Origin: an uncultured Halanaerobiales bacterium
Lineage (GTDB): Bacteria > Bacillota > Halanaerobiia > Halanaerobiales > M55B127
Assembly (NCBI GenBank): GCA_964526845.1
Contig: CAZGMM010000002.1
Coordinates: 1,183 to 65,182 of the forward strand
Direction of reading: 5' to 3'
Length of the DNA stretch: 64,000 nucleotides
This document shows, in pieces, positions 38,400 through 49,923 of the stretch. The stretch's first letter is position 1. The number at the start of each line of letters is the position of its first letter. The position numbers and the translations under genes are program-made. The notes under the pieces were generated by a model. The model saw only the letters and a program-made list of their open reading frames with translations. It searched no databases and had not been told where the DNA came from.

Positions 38400-39413
38400 A
38401 TGAGTGTAAAAGTTGCAATTAATGGTTTTGGAGCTATTGGTAGAAAGGCTTTCAGAGGTGGCGTTAAAAATCCTGATATCGACTTTGTAGCAATTAACGA
38501 CCTGGTTGAACCAAAAATATTAGCATATCTTCTCAAGTATGACTCTAACCATGGTACTTATGATGGAGAGATCGACCATACTGATGATTCAATAATTGTA
38601 GATGGTAAAGAAATTAAGGTATATAACAAGAAGGATCCGGCAAAACTTCCCTGGGGTGAACTGGGCGTAGAGGTTGTTTATGAAGCAACTGGTCTGTTCA
38701 CCGATGGTGAAGATGCTAAAAAGCATATCGAAGCTGGTGCCAAAAAAGTAATAATTTCTGCACCTGCTACAAATGTAGACAAGTCCTTTGTAATGGGTGT
38801 AAATGATGATGAATATGACCCAGATAACCATAATATAATATCAAATGCTTCCTGTACAACTAACTGCTTATCACCAATAGCTAAGATTTTAAATGATGAA
38901 TTTGGAATTGAAAAAGGTCTTATGACCACCATTCACTCCTATACATCTTCTCAAAATATATTAGACGGACCATATAAGTGGAAGAAAATTACCCGTGGAC
39001 GGGCAGCTGCCGAAAATATCGTACCAACAACAACCGGTGCTGCTGTAGCTACCACCAAGGTACTGCCTGAATTAGAAGGTAGACTGGACGGTATGGCTGT
39101 AAGAACTCAGACACCTACCGGTTCCTTAGTGGACCTAGTTGTAACATTAAAAGAAGATGTTACAGTAGATGATATCAATAGGGTAATGAAAGAATATGCA
39201 GAAGGAGATATGAAAGGAATCCTTGAATACAACGAAGATCCTATCGTATCTAGAGATATTATTGGCAATCCTCATTCTTCCATCTATGACAAAAATCATA
39301 CCAAAGTAATCCAGGGCAATATGGTTAAATTACTTTCCTGGTATGACAATGAGTGGGGTTATGCACAAAGATTAAACGACTTTGCAATTAAGATGAAAGA
39401 ATTAGGTATATAA
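38400..39413 (+). CDS. gap: Glyceraldehyde-3-phosphate dehydrogenase
   Basis: INGFGAIGR, catalytic SNASCTTNCL, WYDNEWGY. Confidence 0.97.
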   Translation: MSVKVAINGFGAIGRKAFRGGVKNPDIDFVAINDLVEPKILAYLLKYDSNHGTYDGEIDHTDDSIIVDGKEIKVYNKKDPAKLPWGELGVEVVYEATGLFTDGEDAKKHIEAGAKKVIISAPATNVDKSFVMGVNDDEYDPDNHNIISNASCTTNCLSPIAKILNDEFGIEKGLMTTIHSYTSSQNILDGPYKWKKITRGRAAAENIVPTTTGAAVATTKVLPELEGRLDGMAVRTQTPTGSLVDLVVTLKEDVTVDDINRVMKEYAEGDMKGILEYNEDPIVSRDIIGNPHSSIYDKNHTKVIQGNMVKLLSWYDNEWGYAQRLNDFAIKMKELGI

Positions 39414-39430
39414 TTTGAATATAAAATTAG

Positions 39431-39465
39431 AGGGGTTAAAAGCATTATGCTTTAACCCCTTTTTA
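39431..39465 (+). terminator. Intra-operon stem-loop/terminator between gap and pgk
   Basis: AGGGGTTAAAAGC / GCTTTAACCCCT stem (one bulge) followed by TTTTAT. Confidence 0.7.
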
Positions 39466-39494
39466 TACCTGAAAAAACGGAGGTGTTTTCTACT

Positions 39495-40679
39495 TTGAAA
39501 AAGTCACTAAAAGATTATGATTTTAAAGGTAAAAGAGTCTTAGTAAGAGTGGACTTTAACGTACCATTGGAAGATGGTGAGGTAACAGATAATAACAGGA
39601 TTGAAGCTGCGTTACCGACTATCAAATACTTAATGAATGAAGATGCCAAGGTAATTTTGATGTCCCATTTAGGCCGACCAAAGGGTGAAGTCAAAGAAGA
39701 ATTTAAGATGGATCCGGTCGGGAAAGAGCTTGCCAACCTCTTAAATAAAGAGGTTGTTAAGGTTGACGACTGTATCGGAGATGAAGTGAAAAAAGCGGTC
39801 GGCAATATGGAAAACGGGGATGTACTACTTTTAGAAAATACGAGGTTCTATCCCGGTGAAAAGGCCAATGATCCCGAATTTGCTAAAAAGCTAGCTGAAA
39901 ATGCTGATATCTTTGTCCTTGATGCCTTTGGGGCAGCTCATAGAGCCCACGCTTCTACAGTGGGAGTTACCGAATACTTACCTTCAGCAGCCGGTTTTTT
40001 GCTGATGAGAGAGCTTAATGCGCTAGGAGATGTAATGGATAATCCAGCCAGTCCCTTTGTAGCAATCATGGGTGGGGCTAAAATTTCCGGTAAGATTTCC
40101 GTAATTGAAAACCTCTTAGATAAAGTAGACTATATTTTAACCGGCGGCGGAATTGCCAATACATTCTTAAAAGCCCAGGGTTATGAAGTAGGAGAATCCC
40201 TGGTAGAAGATGACAAACTTGAAATAGCCCGGGAATTGATCAAGAAGGCAAAAGAAAAAAATGTAATCCTGCTCATACCCAAAGATGTAATAATTGCAGA
40301 TAAGTTTGCTAAAGACGCCAACTCAAAAGAAGTTGATGTCGGTGAAATACCAGAAGACTGGCAGATTTTAGATAGCGGCGGCAGCAAAACCTTAGAAGAG
40401 TACACTAAAATAATTAAAAAGGCAAAAACCGCAATTTGGAACGGACCTATTGGCGTATTTGAGTTTGAAAAGTTTGCCAAGGGAACGACCGCAATTGCCA
40501 AAGCCCTGGCTGAAACAGATGCAAAAACTGTTATCGGTGGTGGTGAATCAGCGGCTGCTGTTAAACAAGCCGGTCTTATTGATGAGATGACACATGTTTC
40601 AACCGGTGGGGGAGCTTCCTTAAGATTTTTCGAAGGAAAACCACTACCTGCTGTTGAAGCAATTGATGATCTTAAATAA
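39495..40679 (+). CDS. pgk: Phosphoglycerate kinase
   Basis: TTG 39495 about 10 nt after GGAGG (the track GTG 39483 lies inside the RBS). KGKRVLVRVDFNVP, STGGGASL. Confidence 0.96.
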   Translation: MKKSLKDYDFKGKRVLVRVDFNVPLEDGEVTDNNRIEAALPTIKYLMNEDAKVILMSHLGRPKGEVKEEFKMDPVGKELANLLNKEVVKVDDCIGDEVKKAVGNMENGDVLLLENTRFYPGEKANDPEFAKKLAENADIFVLDAFGAAHRAHASTVGVTEYLPSAAGFLLMRELNALGDVMDNPASPFVAIMGGAKISGKISVIENLLDKVDYILTGGGIANTFLKAQGYEVGESLVEDDKLEIARELIKKAKEKNVILLIPKDVIIADKFAKDANSKEVDVGEIPEDWQILDSGGSKTLEEYTKIIKKAKTAIWNGPIGVFEFEKFAKGTTAIAKALAETDAKTVIGGGESAAAVKQAGLIDEMTHVSTGGGASLRFFEGKPLPAVEAIDDLK

Positions 40680-40695
40680 ACGGGAGGGATAAAAG

Positions 40696-41454
40696 ATGCG
40701 AAAACCTTTTATTGCTGGGAACTGGAAGATGAATAAAACCATTTCGGAAGCAAAAGATTTAGTTAGTTCTCTCAAAGAAAAAGTTGCAGATATTGAAAAT
40801 GTTGAAGTAGGCGTATGTCCACCCGCTATTGACCTGCAGGCTGTCAAAGAAGAAGCAGCCGGCAGTAATGTAAAAGTGGGAGCTCAGAACATGCACTGGG
40901 AAGAGAGCGGTGCCTTTACAGGTGATATTTCCCCGGTTATGATTAAAGAACTGGGTTTAGAATATACCATAATTGGACACTCTGAAAGAAGAGAGTACTA
41001 TAATGAAACTGATGAACAGGTAAACAAAAAGGTGCATGCCGCCTTTGAGCATGGAATTAAACCAATAATCTGTGTGGGAGAATCCTTAGAAGAAAGAAAA
41101 GCGAATGAAACACGTGATAAAGTGGAAAAACAGGTAAAAGCCGCCCTAAAAGGGCTTAACCAAAAACAGGTCAGCCAGACTGTAATTGCCTATGAACCGA
41201 TCTGGGCAATTGGAACTGGCGAATCAGCAACTGCCAAACAGGCCAATCAGGTAATAAGCTATATTAGAGATGTAATAGAGGAAGGATACCTGGATGTAGC
41301 TGATGATGTAAGAATTCAGTACGGAGGTAGTGTTAAACCATATAATATTGAAGAATTTATGGCAGAAAGCGATATTGACGGCGCCCTAGTTGGAGGTGCC
41401 AGCTTAGAAGCTGAATCATTTGCAGCTATTGTCAGAAAAACTTCCGAAATGTAA
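40696..41454 (+). CDS. tpiA: Triosephosphate isomerase
   Basis: [26 protein letters not shown]. Confidence 0.97.
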   Translation: MRKPFIAGNWKMNKTISEAKDLVSSLKEKVADIENVEVGVCPPAIDLQAVKEEAAGSNVKVGAQNMHWEESGAFTGDISPVMIKELGLEYTIIGHSERREYYNETDEQVNKKVHAAFEHGIKPIICVGESLEERKANETRDKVEKQVKAALKGLNQKQVSQTVIAYEPIWAIGTGESATAKQANQVISYIRDVIEEGYLDVADDVRIQYGGSVKPYNIEEFMAESDIDGALVGGASLEAESFAAIVRKTSEM

Positions 41455-41494
41455 TGTAAAAAACTAAGTAGAAGACAGAACAGGAGGTGTCAAA

Positions 41495-43033
41495 ATGAAC
41501 AGACCACGGCCACTTGCCCTAATCATCCTGGATGGTTATGGTGAGTCAGAACAGGTAGAAAAAAATGCAGTAAAAAATGCAGACACTCCTTTCTTGGATA
41601 AATTGCGAGAGGAAAACCCCACTTCCATTATTCAGGCTTCGGGTGAAAATGTTGGACTACCGCCCGGCCAGATGGGTAATTCAGAGGTTGGACACTTGAA
41701 CCTGGGGGCAGGTCGTATCGTACCTCAGGAATATACCCGAATTACCAAAGCTGTAGAAGATGGTTCTATATTAGAAAATGATGTTATACAGAAAGCAATC
41801 AAGAAAGTAAATGATAATAATAGTGCCCTTCACCTGATGGGGCTTTTATCAGATGGGGGAGTACACAGTCACATAAACCACTTATTCGGCTTACTAGAAA
41901 TGGCCAAAACAGCTGGTTTAGATAATGTTTATGTACACGCTATCTTGGATGGAAGAGACACCCCACCGCAGAGTGCCTTAACCTATATTGAACAGTTAGA
42001 AGAAAAAATGGAGGAAATAGGTATCGGTAAGATAGCTACCATCAGTGGTAGGTATTATGCGATGGACAGAGACAACAGATGGGATAGGACTAAAAAGGCC
42101 TATGATGCTTATGTAAAAGGGGAAGGAATCGAAGTTTCCGCGGCTGAAGAAGCGGTCAAAAAGTCCTATGAACGCGGTGATAACGACGAATTTGTTCTCC
42201 CCAGTGTAGTTATAGAAGACGGGGATCCCGTTACTACAGTAAAAGATGAAGATGCCTTGATCTTCTTTAACTTCAGGGCTGACAGGGCCCGTCAGATTAC
42301 AAGGGCGCTCGGACTTGATAAATTTGATAAATTTGAAAGACCGAATGAACACCCCAACGGCCTATATTTCGTGTGCATGACTGAGTATGATGAAGACTTT
42401 GACCTACCGATTGCCTTCCCTAAACTTCACATCGATAATGTCTTAGGGAAAGTATTAAGTGACCATAATATGAGACAACTCAGGATTGCCGAAACCGAAA
42501 AATATGCCCATGTTACCTTCTTCTTTAATGGGGGAGAAGAAAGAGAGTTTGAGGGTGAAGATCGCGAACTTATTCCTTCTCCTAAGGTGGCAACTTACGA
42601 CTTACAACCTGAAATGAGTGCCTATAAGGTTAAGGATAGATTGTTAGAAAAATTAGATGAAGATATCTATGATGTAATCATCTTAAACTTCGCTAATCCT
42701 GATATGGTGGGGCATACCGGTTTTTATGATGCAGCCGTTGAAGCCCTTGAGGCAATCGATGAATGTATGAGTGAAATAGTGCCCAAGATAGAAGAGATGG
42801 GTGGTCAGATGTTGATCACGGCCGACCACGGGAACAGTGAACAGATGATAGATGAAAAAGGAGAACCTCATACCGCTCACACTTCTAACCCGGTTATCAT
42901 GATGTATGTAGGCTCTGACGGAAAAGTCAATCTCAAAGATGGTAGATTAGCGGATATCGCACCGACCATGCTTGATATCTTAGGTATTGATAAACCAGAT
43001 GAAATGACAGGTAATTCTCTGATTGAAAAATAA
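41495..43033 (+). CDS. gpmI: 2,3-bisphosphoglycerate-independent phosphoglycerate mutase
   Basis: [22 protein letters not shown]. Confidence 0.97.
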   Translation: MNRPRPLALIILDGYGESEQVEKNAVKNADTPFLDKLREENPTSIIQASGENVGLPPGQMGNSEVGHLNLGAGRIVPQEYTRITKAVEDGSILENDVIQKAIKKVNDNNSALHLMGLLSDGGVHSHINHLFGLLEMAKTAGLDNVYVHAILDGRDTPPQSALTYIEQLEEKMEEIGIGKIATISGRYYAMDRDNRWDRTKKAYDAYVKGEGIEVSAAEEAVKKSYERGDNDEFVLPSVVIEDGDPVTTVKDEDALIFFNFRADRARQITRALGLDKFDKFERPNEHPNGLYFVCMTEYDEDFDLPIAFPKLHIDNVLGKVLSDHNMRQLRIAETEKYAHVTFFFNGGEEREFEGEDRELIPSPKVATYDLQPEMSAYKVKDRLLEKLDEDIYDVIILNFANPDMVGHTGFYDAAVEALEAIDECMSEIVPKIEEMGGQMLITADHGNSEQMIDEKGEPHTAHTSNPVIMMYVGSDGKVNLKDGRLADIAPTMLDILGIDKPDEMTGNSLIEK

Positions 43034-43045
43034 AAAAAGAGGTGA

Positions 43046-44341
<1,296 letters not shown>

Positions 44342-44370
44342 GAACTGCAAAATTAAATATATAGATAGTT

Positions 44371-44402
44371 AAGAGGTGGGGGATCCCCCACCTCTTTAGT
44401 TT
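44371..44402 (+). terminator. Strong Rho-independent terminator after eno
   Basis: 13-bp perfect palindrome AAGAGGTGGGGGA / TCCCCCACCTCTT followed by TAGTTTT. Confidence 0.85.
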
Positions 44403-44533
44403 TGTAATTACTTAAAGCAGTATTTGAAAATTTAAAAATTAATTCCTTTCTTTCATACTTTCTTCATAATTAATTTTTATAATGTATTTACAGTAGAAAA
44501 AAATATATAAAATAAAAAGAAGGAGAGATTGAA

Positions 44534-45142
44534 ATGAAGAAAGTAATAGTATCAACATTAGTTTTATCATTAATAGTTTTAGGGTTTGGAGCTTTTGCAG
44601 TTGAGGCCCAGATGGGAAATAAGGCGGGCGGAGCAGGTAATAGAATCAATAATAATAATATCGAACGCCCCGCTTTTCAGCAGAACGCCCAATCCGAGGT
44701 AGAGGTATTAGACCTAGATGAAGAACAGGCCGAAAAAGTTGCAGAATTAAAAGAGGAACATTTTGCGCAAAGAGATCAATTTGTTGAAAAACTACAGTCT
44801 ACCCAAAGAGAATTAAGGGAAGAAGTCTTAAAAAATGAATCGCAAGAAAAAATCACTGCCCTAGAAACAGAAGTAGAAAAACTGAGAGCCCAGATTGATC
44901 AGGCCAGAACAGATTATTTAAAGGAAATAAAAGGTGTTTTAACAGAAGAGCAGCTTCAAAAAATGGCTGAAAACGAATATAGGATGGGACTGACAGCCGG
45001 CAATGCAAATAGAATAGCCAGCTCCAATACTTATAATAAGACAGGTCGAAATCAAGTGAATGGTTCTCAGCGAGGCCAAGCCCGCGGTAGACATTCAGCC
45101 GGTAGGCGTGGTGGTTATAACAACACAATCCAAAATCAATAA
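44534..45142 (+). CDS. Secreted Spy/CpxP-like (LTxxQ-motif) periplasmic protein with a Gly/Arg/Asn-rich tail
   Basis: Signal peptide ...GAFAVEA/Q. LDEEQAEKVAELKEEH and LTEEQLQKM LTxxQ-type motifs in a helical core. Basic disordered C-terminus. Confidence 0.55.
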   Translation: MKKVIVSTLVLSLIVLGFGAFAVEAQMGNKAGGAGNRINNNNIERPAFQQNAQSEVEVLDLDEEQAEKVAELKEEHFAQRDQFVEKLQSTQRELREEVLKNESQEKITALETEVEKLRAQIDQARTDYLKEIKGVLTEEQLQKMAENEYRMGLTAGNANRIASSNTYNKTGRNQVNGSQRGQARGRHSAGRRGGYNNTIQNQ

Positions 45143-45166
45143 ACACATATTATAAAAAACCTCCTA

Positions 45167-45196
45167 AAGCCCCGTTAAAACTGCGGGGCTTTTTAA
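45167..45196 (+). terminator. Rho-independent terminator after the Spy-like gene
   Basis: AAAGCCCCG / CGGGGCTTT stem followed by TTT. Confidence 0.85.
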
Positions 45197-45219
45197 ATTG
45201 CCAATTAATACAAGATTTA

Positions 45220-45248
45220 TTGTGTATACATTAATTTAATGGTATAAT
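45220..45248 (+). promoter_or_regulatory. Strong sigma-A promoter driving a short terminated leader
   Basis: TTGTGT, 17 nt, TATAAT with TGn extended -10 (TGGTATAAT). Confidence 0.6.
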
Positions 45249-45254
45249 TAGTTT

Positions 45255-45318
45255 GCAAAAGATAATTAATCAGCCCTTTAAATCCCTGAGACAAAATACA
45301 TACCTCAGGGTTTTTTGG
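45255..45318 (+). ncRNA. Candidate ~60-nt terminated transcript (sRNA or attenuator leader of the SGNH hydrolase gene)
   Basis: Lies between the promoter at 45220-45248 and the hairpin CCCTGAG / CTCAGGG (45284-45310) plus T6. I recognise no known riboswitch consensus. Confidence 0.3.
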
Positions 45319-45367
45319 TTTTCTAATTATAAAAGAAATTATGTATCTCAGAGAGGATGGGGACATT

Positions 45368-46144
45368 TTGAAAAATATAAAAGTATTAAGTTTGACTCTC
45401 CTGATAATCTTATCCATGCTGACAGTTAGTATTTTAAATGAAACCGCCTATTCTCAAGCATCCCAGGGTCCTTTAAAATTAGTGGCGATCGGTAATTCAA
45501 CACCGGCCGGGTATGGAATTAAACCACAAGAAAATTATTTAAGGGTATATGCAGAATATATAAAACAGGATTTAAACGCTGAAGTTGAGATAATTAACTG
45601 GGCAGAGCTTGAAAACACGAACCTATTAGGTTGGGTTCGGGCTATAACCACCGATGAAGTCTTTAGAATGGATATAAAAAATGCGAATATCATAACAATC
45701 TGGATAAGTTGGCATGAGATCATGCCCTATATCTATAAAACAGAGCGGGTATATAAAAAGGAATTAAATATGACGACCAAAAAGATGGGGGATAGCTTTA
45801 ATATTCTCTTCGCTGAAATTACGAGGTTGGTAGATCCCAAAGAAACCCTAATCATGGTGGCCGAAACTGGTATCCCGCCCGCTATAGCTGAGACCTGGAA
45901 AGAGAATAATTTTTATCAGGAATTAAAACAATATGCCTATGAAGACTGGAGGGAGTATCTGATTGAAGCAGCTGAAAATAATAATCTTAAGGTGGTACCA
46001 ACCTATAAGGCCTTAAATGGCGAGGAAGGCAACAGCATGCTGCCCGAAGTATATATTCAAGAAGATGGTATCCACTTTTCAGCTAAGGGTCATAAGCTGA
46101 TTGCGGATCTGCATAGGAATATGGGATATAATCCCCTTAAATAA
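45368..46144 (+). CDS. Secreted SGNH/GDSL-family hydrolase
   Basis: TTG 45368 after GAGGATGGGG (the track ATG 45341 has no RBS). Signal peptide. Block I VAIGNSTPAGYG (Asn replaces Asp), block V DGIHFSAKGH. Confidence 0.7.
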   Translation: MKNIKVLSLTLLIILSMLTVSILNETAYSQASQGPLKLVAIGNSTPAGYGIKPQENYLRVYAEYIKQDLNAEVEIINWAELENTNLLGWVRAITTDEVFRMDIKNANIITIWISWHEIMPYIYKTERVYKKELNMTTKKMGDSFNILFAEITRLVDPKETLIMVAETGIPPAIAETWKENNFYQELKQYAYEDWREYLIEAAENNNLKVVPTYKALNGEEGNSMLPEVYIQEDGIHFSAKGHKLIADLHRNMGYNPLK

Positions 46145-46296
46145 TAATATAAAAAACATATCTATTAAACCATTAATCCATTTAAAAAGGGTTGATGGTT
46201 TTTTATTTTAACACGATATTTACAGGTGTATTAGCACTTTGGAATAAATTGTAAATATTTACAATAATAAAAGGATTCTATAGTCAAAAATAAAGA

Positions 46297-46325
46297 TTGA
46301 CAACCTATATAATATTTGTTAAGAT
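46297..46325 (+). promoter_or_regulatory. Sigma-A promoter of the tetR-efflux operon
   Basis: TTGACA, 17 nt, TAAGAT with TGn extension. Confidence 0.55.
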
Positions 46326-46372
46326 TAATTTACTAAACTGAACGGTCGGTCGAGAAAAATAGGAGTGATTAG

Positions 46373-46966
46373 ATGAAGGAAGATACAAGAACTACAATTA
46401 TGAAAACCGCCATCAAATTATTTGCTGATAAAGGATTTAGTGATACTTCTATGTCCAAAATAGCAAATCAGGCTGATGTCGGGAAAGGAACGATCTACTG
46501 GCACTTCGAGAGTAAGGAAGACCTCTTTTTATCGATTATAGAAGAAAAAGGAAAGTCATATTTTAATCAAGTTTTAAAATTAGGTAAAAGCGATAGGGAA
46601 CCAGCCGATATTATATACAAGTATATAAGAGACAGGATCGAATTTATTGAAAACAACTATGATGTGGCAAGGATGTTAATTAGTAATACAGATGTAATAA
46701 ACAGAGATTTTAAAGATACGATGGAAAAAAGACACGAACAGATGGTGCAGGTCTTAGAGAATACAATTCAAAAAGGTATTGAAAAAGGAACTTTTCGGGC
46801 GGGTAAAAGTGATGAATATGCCCTAATGATCATCAATACCACCAATAGTGCCCATAATAATTTCAGTTGTGGTATCGAGGGAGATATCGAAACGAGAACG
46901 AAAAAGATCTATGATTTTATTATGCATGGTTTAGATAGGAGGGAATTTGTTAATGAAAAAAAGTAA
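46373..46966 (+). CDS. TetR/AcrR family transcriptional regulator
   Basis: IMKTAIKLFADKGFSDTSMSKIANQADVGKGTIYWHFESKEDLF HTH signature. Confidence 0.93.
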   Translation: MKEDTRTTIMKTAIKLFADKGFSDTSMSKIANQADVGKGTIYWHFESKEDLFLSIIEEKGKSYFNQVLKLGKSDREPADIIYKYIRDRIEFIENNYDVARMLISNTDVINRDFKDTMEKRHEQMVQVLENTIQKGIEKGTFRAGKSDEYALMIINTTNSAHNNFSCGIEGDIETRTKKIYDFIMHGLDRREFVNEKK

Positions 46967-48338
46967 AGGATTTCTAACTTTTTTCGTTTTATTACTTTTA
47001 ATAGCGAATACAGTTGCAATATCTGCTGAGGAGATGAGCCTGGATAAAGCAGTTCAGTACTTTTTAAATAACAGTAATCAGTTGGAAAATGCAAAAAGAG
47101 ATATACAGGCTTCCCAACTTGACTTAAAAATAGCAGAAAAGGGTTTAGCCCCAGAGGTAACCCTACAGACCTCCTATACAAGATTGGGAGAAGCACCCCA
47201 ATCTCCATCGGAGTATATATTAAGACCTACTGGACAGACCACCTTTTTTGGTCAACCAGCGACTAAATACCAGTTTATTCCCGTTTCTTTTGAAGACCAA
47301 CCCCGGGATAATTATAATACAACCCTAACCGTAAACAAACCGCTCTATTTAGGGGGCCAGGTTAGAAATAGCGTAAAGTTGAATGAAAAAGCGGTCCAAT
47401 TAAATAACCTTAAATACGAACAGACCTTAAATGATAATTTAAATGCCGTAGTTCAATCATATTTTAACGTACTGATCAAAGAAAGCCTGGTAGAAATTCA
47501 AAAGAACTCACTAAAATTAGTCGAAAGTCATTTAGATAGTGTACAGAAAAATTATGAAGCCGGTCTTGTTGTAAAAAGTGATGTTAATGAAGTTAAAATT
47601 GAACTAAATAAGACAAAGCAGTCCATATTAACAGCCGAAAATGATCTAAAGATCGCCAAAAAAAGGCTGGCTGACTTATTAGAACTTGATAATACAGATT
47701 TCACACTTAAACAACCTGACATACCAGCTTTAGAAGAAGAACTACAGACCCAACTTGATAAAGCCTATGCCAACCGGTTTGAGATGAAAAGCCTCGCCAT
47801 AAACCAGAAGATGAAAGATATCAATAAAAAAATGGAAGATAATCTCTATAAACCTTCCTTTTTCCTGCGGGGAAATTACAGCTTTCAGGGCAGTGAATTA
47901 AATTTTGAGGATGGCAGTTTTTCAGTTACCCTAAGCGGTCAAGTTTCCCTTTATGATGGGAATAAATCTCAATTAAAACAAGAGAAGGTTGACATAGAAA
48001 AAGCCAACATTGAAAATAATAAAGAGCAGTTGAAAAAGAATATAGAGACTGAAATAATGGCTGCTCTATATAAAATTGATGAAAACCGGGAAAGCCTAGA
48101 AATTGCAAAACAGAATGAACAGCAGGCCTTAGAAAACTATAACCAGGCAGTAAAGCGATATGAAAATGGGGTAGGCACCAGCCTTGATGTCCTAAGAGCA
48201 GAGACAAATTTAAATCAGATTCAAACCAGCAAAAATCAAACTCATTACCAGTATATAATGAGTGTATATAATTTGCTTCATAAAACAGGAACCCTAAATA
48301 ATTATTTTGAGGATGTGATTCAAAGTGAAAGCAAATAA
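46953..48338 (+). CDS. TolC-family outer membrane efflux protein
   Basis: Signal peptide ...NTVAISA/EE. Two OEP repeats with typical AKRDIQASQLDLKIAEKGLAPEV and YENGVGTSLDVLRAETNL elements. Confidence 0.88.
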   Translation: MKKSKGFLTFFVLLLLIANTVAISAEEMSLDKAVQYFLNNSNQLENAKRDIQASQLDLKIAEKGLAPEVTLQTSYTRLGEAPQSPSEYILRPTGQTTFFGQPATKYQFIPVSFEDQPRDNYNTTLTVNKPLYLGGQVRNSVKLNEKAVQLNNLKYEQTLNDNLNAVVQSYFNVLIKESLVEIQKNSLKLVESHLDSVQKNYEAGLVVKSDVNEVKIELNKTKQSILTAENDLKIAKKRLADLLELDNTDFTLKQPDIPALEEELQTQLDKAYANRFEMKSLAINQKMKDINKKMEDNLYKPSFFLRGNYSFQGSELNFEDGSFSVTLSGQVSLYDGNKSQLKQEKVDIEKANIENNKEQLKKNIETEIMAALYKIDENRESLEIAKQNEQQALENYNQAVKRYENGVGTSLDVLRAETNLNQIQTSKNQTHYQYIMSVYNLLHKTGTLNNYFEDVIQSESK

Positions 48339-49923
48339 GATATTATTTCTATCCCTAGTTTTAGTACTATCTTTTAGTCTAATAGCAGGAGCACAGGTAC
48401 CCGTAAAAACTGTGCAGCCGGTCCGCGAAGATATTACGATTTCAGAACTACTATCCGGTAAAGTAGTACCCGAAAAAATAGTTAATTTGCCGGCCGAGAT
48501 CAATGGGGTAGTCGAAAATATATATGTATCAGTCGGTGATAAAGTCAATAAAGGAGACAAGATTTTAGAGTTTGATAAAAGTCAACTCTTGATACAAAAA
48601 AAGCAATCGGAAGCAGGTTTGGCAGCCGCTGAAGCTAATCTAGCCCAGCTGAAAAAGGGTGCTTCACAGGAAGATATACAGACTGCTGAAGCCAACTACG
48701 AACAGGCCCAGGTCTCACTGGAAAGTGCCAAAAAAAGCCTGGAATTAATTCAAGAAATATATAATGATAAAACTTCTTTAAAACAGCAGTTAATAAATTC
48801 TGAAATGCAGTACAAAAATGCCCAAAAACAACTTCAGTCAGCAGAAGAAAGAGTAAATCAGGCTGAGAAAGCCCTTGAACAGGCCAGAGTAGGAGTTCGC
48901 CAGGCTAAGAACAATCTAGACCAGGCCAAGAATGACTATGAAAGAATGCAGAAATTATTTAAAGACAATGTAATCAGCGAAAAACAGCTGGAAGGAACCA
49001 AGCTGCAGTTAGAAAACGCCCGAACTGCCTATGAAAATGCTCAGCTCCAGGTTGAAAATGCGGAGGTTTCGGTAGAAAGTGCCCGGATAGCCAAGGAACA
49101 GGCAGCTATCTCTGTAGACACTTCCCAACAGATGTATGAACTTGCCCAGAAAACCTATAACAACCCGACTCAATTAAAACAGCAATTACACCAGGCCCAG
49201 ACCCAGGTAGAAGTTTCCCAGGTCAATGTTAAGATAGCCAAGTCTAATTTAGAAAAGATCAAAAAGGGTCCTGATCAGGAGCAGATCAATGCTGCCCTGG
49301 CCAATGTCAATCAGGCTGAAGCTGGACTTGAACAGGTTAACCTACAGTTATCAAAAGCAACAATTACGAGTCCGATCAGTGCCCATATTGCTTTAGTCAA
49401 TACCGAGGAAAATGAAATGGTCGGACCGGGCAGTCCGGTTGTTAGACTAGCAGTAACAGAGAAATTGAATATTGAAACCAATGTAACACCTGATTTAAGA
49501 CCATATATTTCAAAAGGAGATTCAGTCGAGATACTTGTCAAAAATGGAAAGACGATTACCTATGAAGGTATAATTCAAAGTATATCACCTGTAACTAATC
49601 CGCAAAATGAAGCCTATCCTGTTACAGTAGAAGTTGTAGACAAAACAGATAAAATATATCCCGGCATGTTTGTAGATGTGAGGGTAAGTAAAGAAAGTGC
49701 GCGGGAAGCCTTAACCTTACCGATCGATGCAGTTGTTGATTTAGAAACCTTCCCCCATGTATTTGTAGTACAGGATGGAAAAGCCGTTAAAATTAATATA
49801 GGGGTAGGTATAGTATATAATAATAAAGTAGAAGTCACTGACGGACTCTGGGAAGATGACAAGGTAGTTATCCAGGGACAGCAGCAGCTAACTGACGGCC
49901 AGGCCGTTGAGGTGATGGAATAA
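48325..49923 (+). CDS. Efflux RND periplasmic adaptor (membrane fusion protein) with a very long coiled-coil hairpin
   Basis: GTG start. Lipoyl/barrel motifs (GKVVPEK...INGVVENIYVSVGDKVNKGDKI; ATITSPISAHI; YPGMFVDVRV) flank a roughly 250-residue Q/A/E/K-rich helical segment. Confidence 0.88.
   Translation: MKANKILFLSLVLVLSFSLIAGAQVPVKTVQPVREDITISELLSGKVVPEKIVNLPAEINGVVENIYVSVGDKVNKGDKILEFDKSQLLIQKKQSEAGLAAAEANLAQLKKGASQEDIQTAEANYEQAQVSLESAKKSLELIQEIYNDKTSLKQQLINSEMQYKNAQKQLQSAEERVNQAEKALEQARVGVRQAKNNLDQAKNDYERMQKLFKDNVISEKQLEGTKLQLENARTAYENAQLQVENAEVSVESARIAKEQAAISVDTSQQMYELAQKTYNNPTQLKQQLHQAQTQVEVSQVNVKIAKSNLEKIKKGPDQEQINAALANVNQAEAGLEQVNLQLSKATITSPISAHIALVNTEENEMVGPGSPVVRLAVTEKLNIETNVTPDLRPYISKGDSVEILVKNGKTITYEGIIQSISPVTNPQNEAYPVTVEVVDKTDKIYPGMFVDVRVSKESAREALTLPIDAVVDLETFPHVFVVQDGKAVKINIGVGIVYNNKVEVTDGLWEDDKVVIQGQQQLTDGQAVEVME

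Noticed and set aside
45217-45417. 66-aa minus-strand ORF across the promoter/leader region
   Set aside because: It covers a plus-strand promoter, terminator hairpin and RBS. It has no translation signals and is more simply explained as chance in AT-rich DNA.
46326-46372. Search for a palindromic TetR operator between the efflux-operon promoter and tetR
   Set aside because: No convincing inverted repeat could be identified by eye. It is left uncalled.
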